From NCBI GenBank assembly GCA_964622585.1, contig CAZUQT010000001.1, forward strand, positions 1-59,285: DNA of 59,285 bases, read 5' to 3'. Shown in pieces: positions 59,221 to 59,285 of the stretch. A program made the position numbers and the translations under genes. The stretch comes from an uncultured Elusimicrobiaceae bacterium (GTDB lineage: Bacteria > Elusimicrobiota > Elusimicrobia > Elusimicrobiales > UBA9959). The notes beneath the pieces are model-generated. The model ran no database searches and was not told the DNA's origin. It saw only the letters and a program-made list of their open reading frames with translations. Positions within the stretch are counted from its first letter, which is position 1; each line of letters starts with the position of its first letter.

Positions 59221-59285
59221 CGCCATGGGCATGGGTTCGGAGCGACCTCTCGGAGGCCGACGCTTGCATAAGCGCGGAGGCCGAG
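59221..59285. repeat. structured intergenic repeat, copy C (truncated by the window end)
   Basis: CATGGGCATGGGTTCGGAGCGACCTCTCGGAGGCCGACGCTTGCATAAGCGCGGAGGCCGAG aligns with copy B 12304-12367. The 23-nt core ATGGGTTCGGAGCGACCTCTCGG is identical at 59231-59253. Confidence 0.8.

Noticed and set aside
1-59285. Search for mobile-element genes, prophage, toxin-antitoxin, restriction-modification or CRISPR-Cas defence loci
   Set aside because: No transposase, integrase, recombinase, phage structural, nuclease/methylase or cas-like translation was seen in any frame. The only accessory-looking DNA is the AT-rich HEAT island, the repeat family and the giant-gene block.

Overview
GC-rich bacterial chromosomal window of 59,285 bp. 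All domain calls come from reading the translations and DNA by eye; no searches were run. The left 12 kb (plus strand) is housekeeping: the ligA 3' part, a secreted thioredoxin-fold/TPR protein and a divergent purH-like gene. Next is a visibly AT-richer, probably acquired, secreted HEAT-repeat gene, followed by a tight glnS-nadK-recN-gltX run. The remaining ~47 kb is one co-directional minus-strand block. In transcription order it holds an ftsH-like AAA+ zinc protease with almost no ectodomain, then a bitopic acidic/Gly-Ser-rich protein with a Cys-rich C-terminus. An S41/PDZ lipoprotein follows, whose Ser and Lys dyad positions look swapped. After it comes a 670-bp non-coding region with a consensus sigma70-type promoter and several hairpin+U-tract structures (candidate small RNA), then a small secreted HEAT-repeat protein. 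Directly behind that is a single uninterrupted 40.7-kb ORF of 13,565 codons, about two-thirds of the window. Read N to C, the giant protein has a signal peptide, an Asp-box-like head and an IPT-like domain. Then come ~65 Ig-like modules (DxAGN ... D-x-x-x-P boundaries) arranged in ~4.2-kb super-repeats, and ~17 invasin/Big_1-like modules. After these are 8 larger modules with a VW(K/Q)D-x-N-x-DG loop, a DxDxDG calcium-type cluster and two FN3-like domains. It ends in a YPNP-type (T9SS/FlgD-Ig-like) C-terminal domain. A structured ~230-bp intergenic repeat family with compensatory stem changes occurs at three loci. I recognised no rRNA, tRNA, CRISPR array, transposase or integrase.
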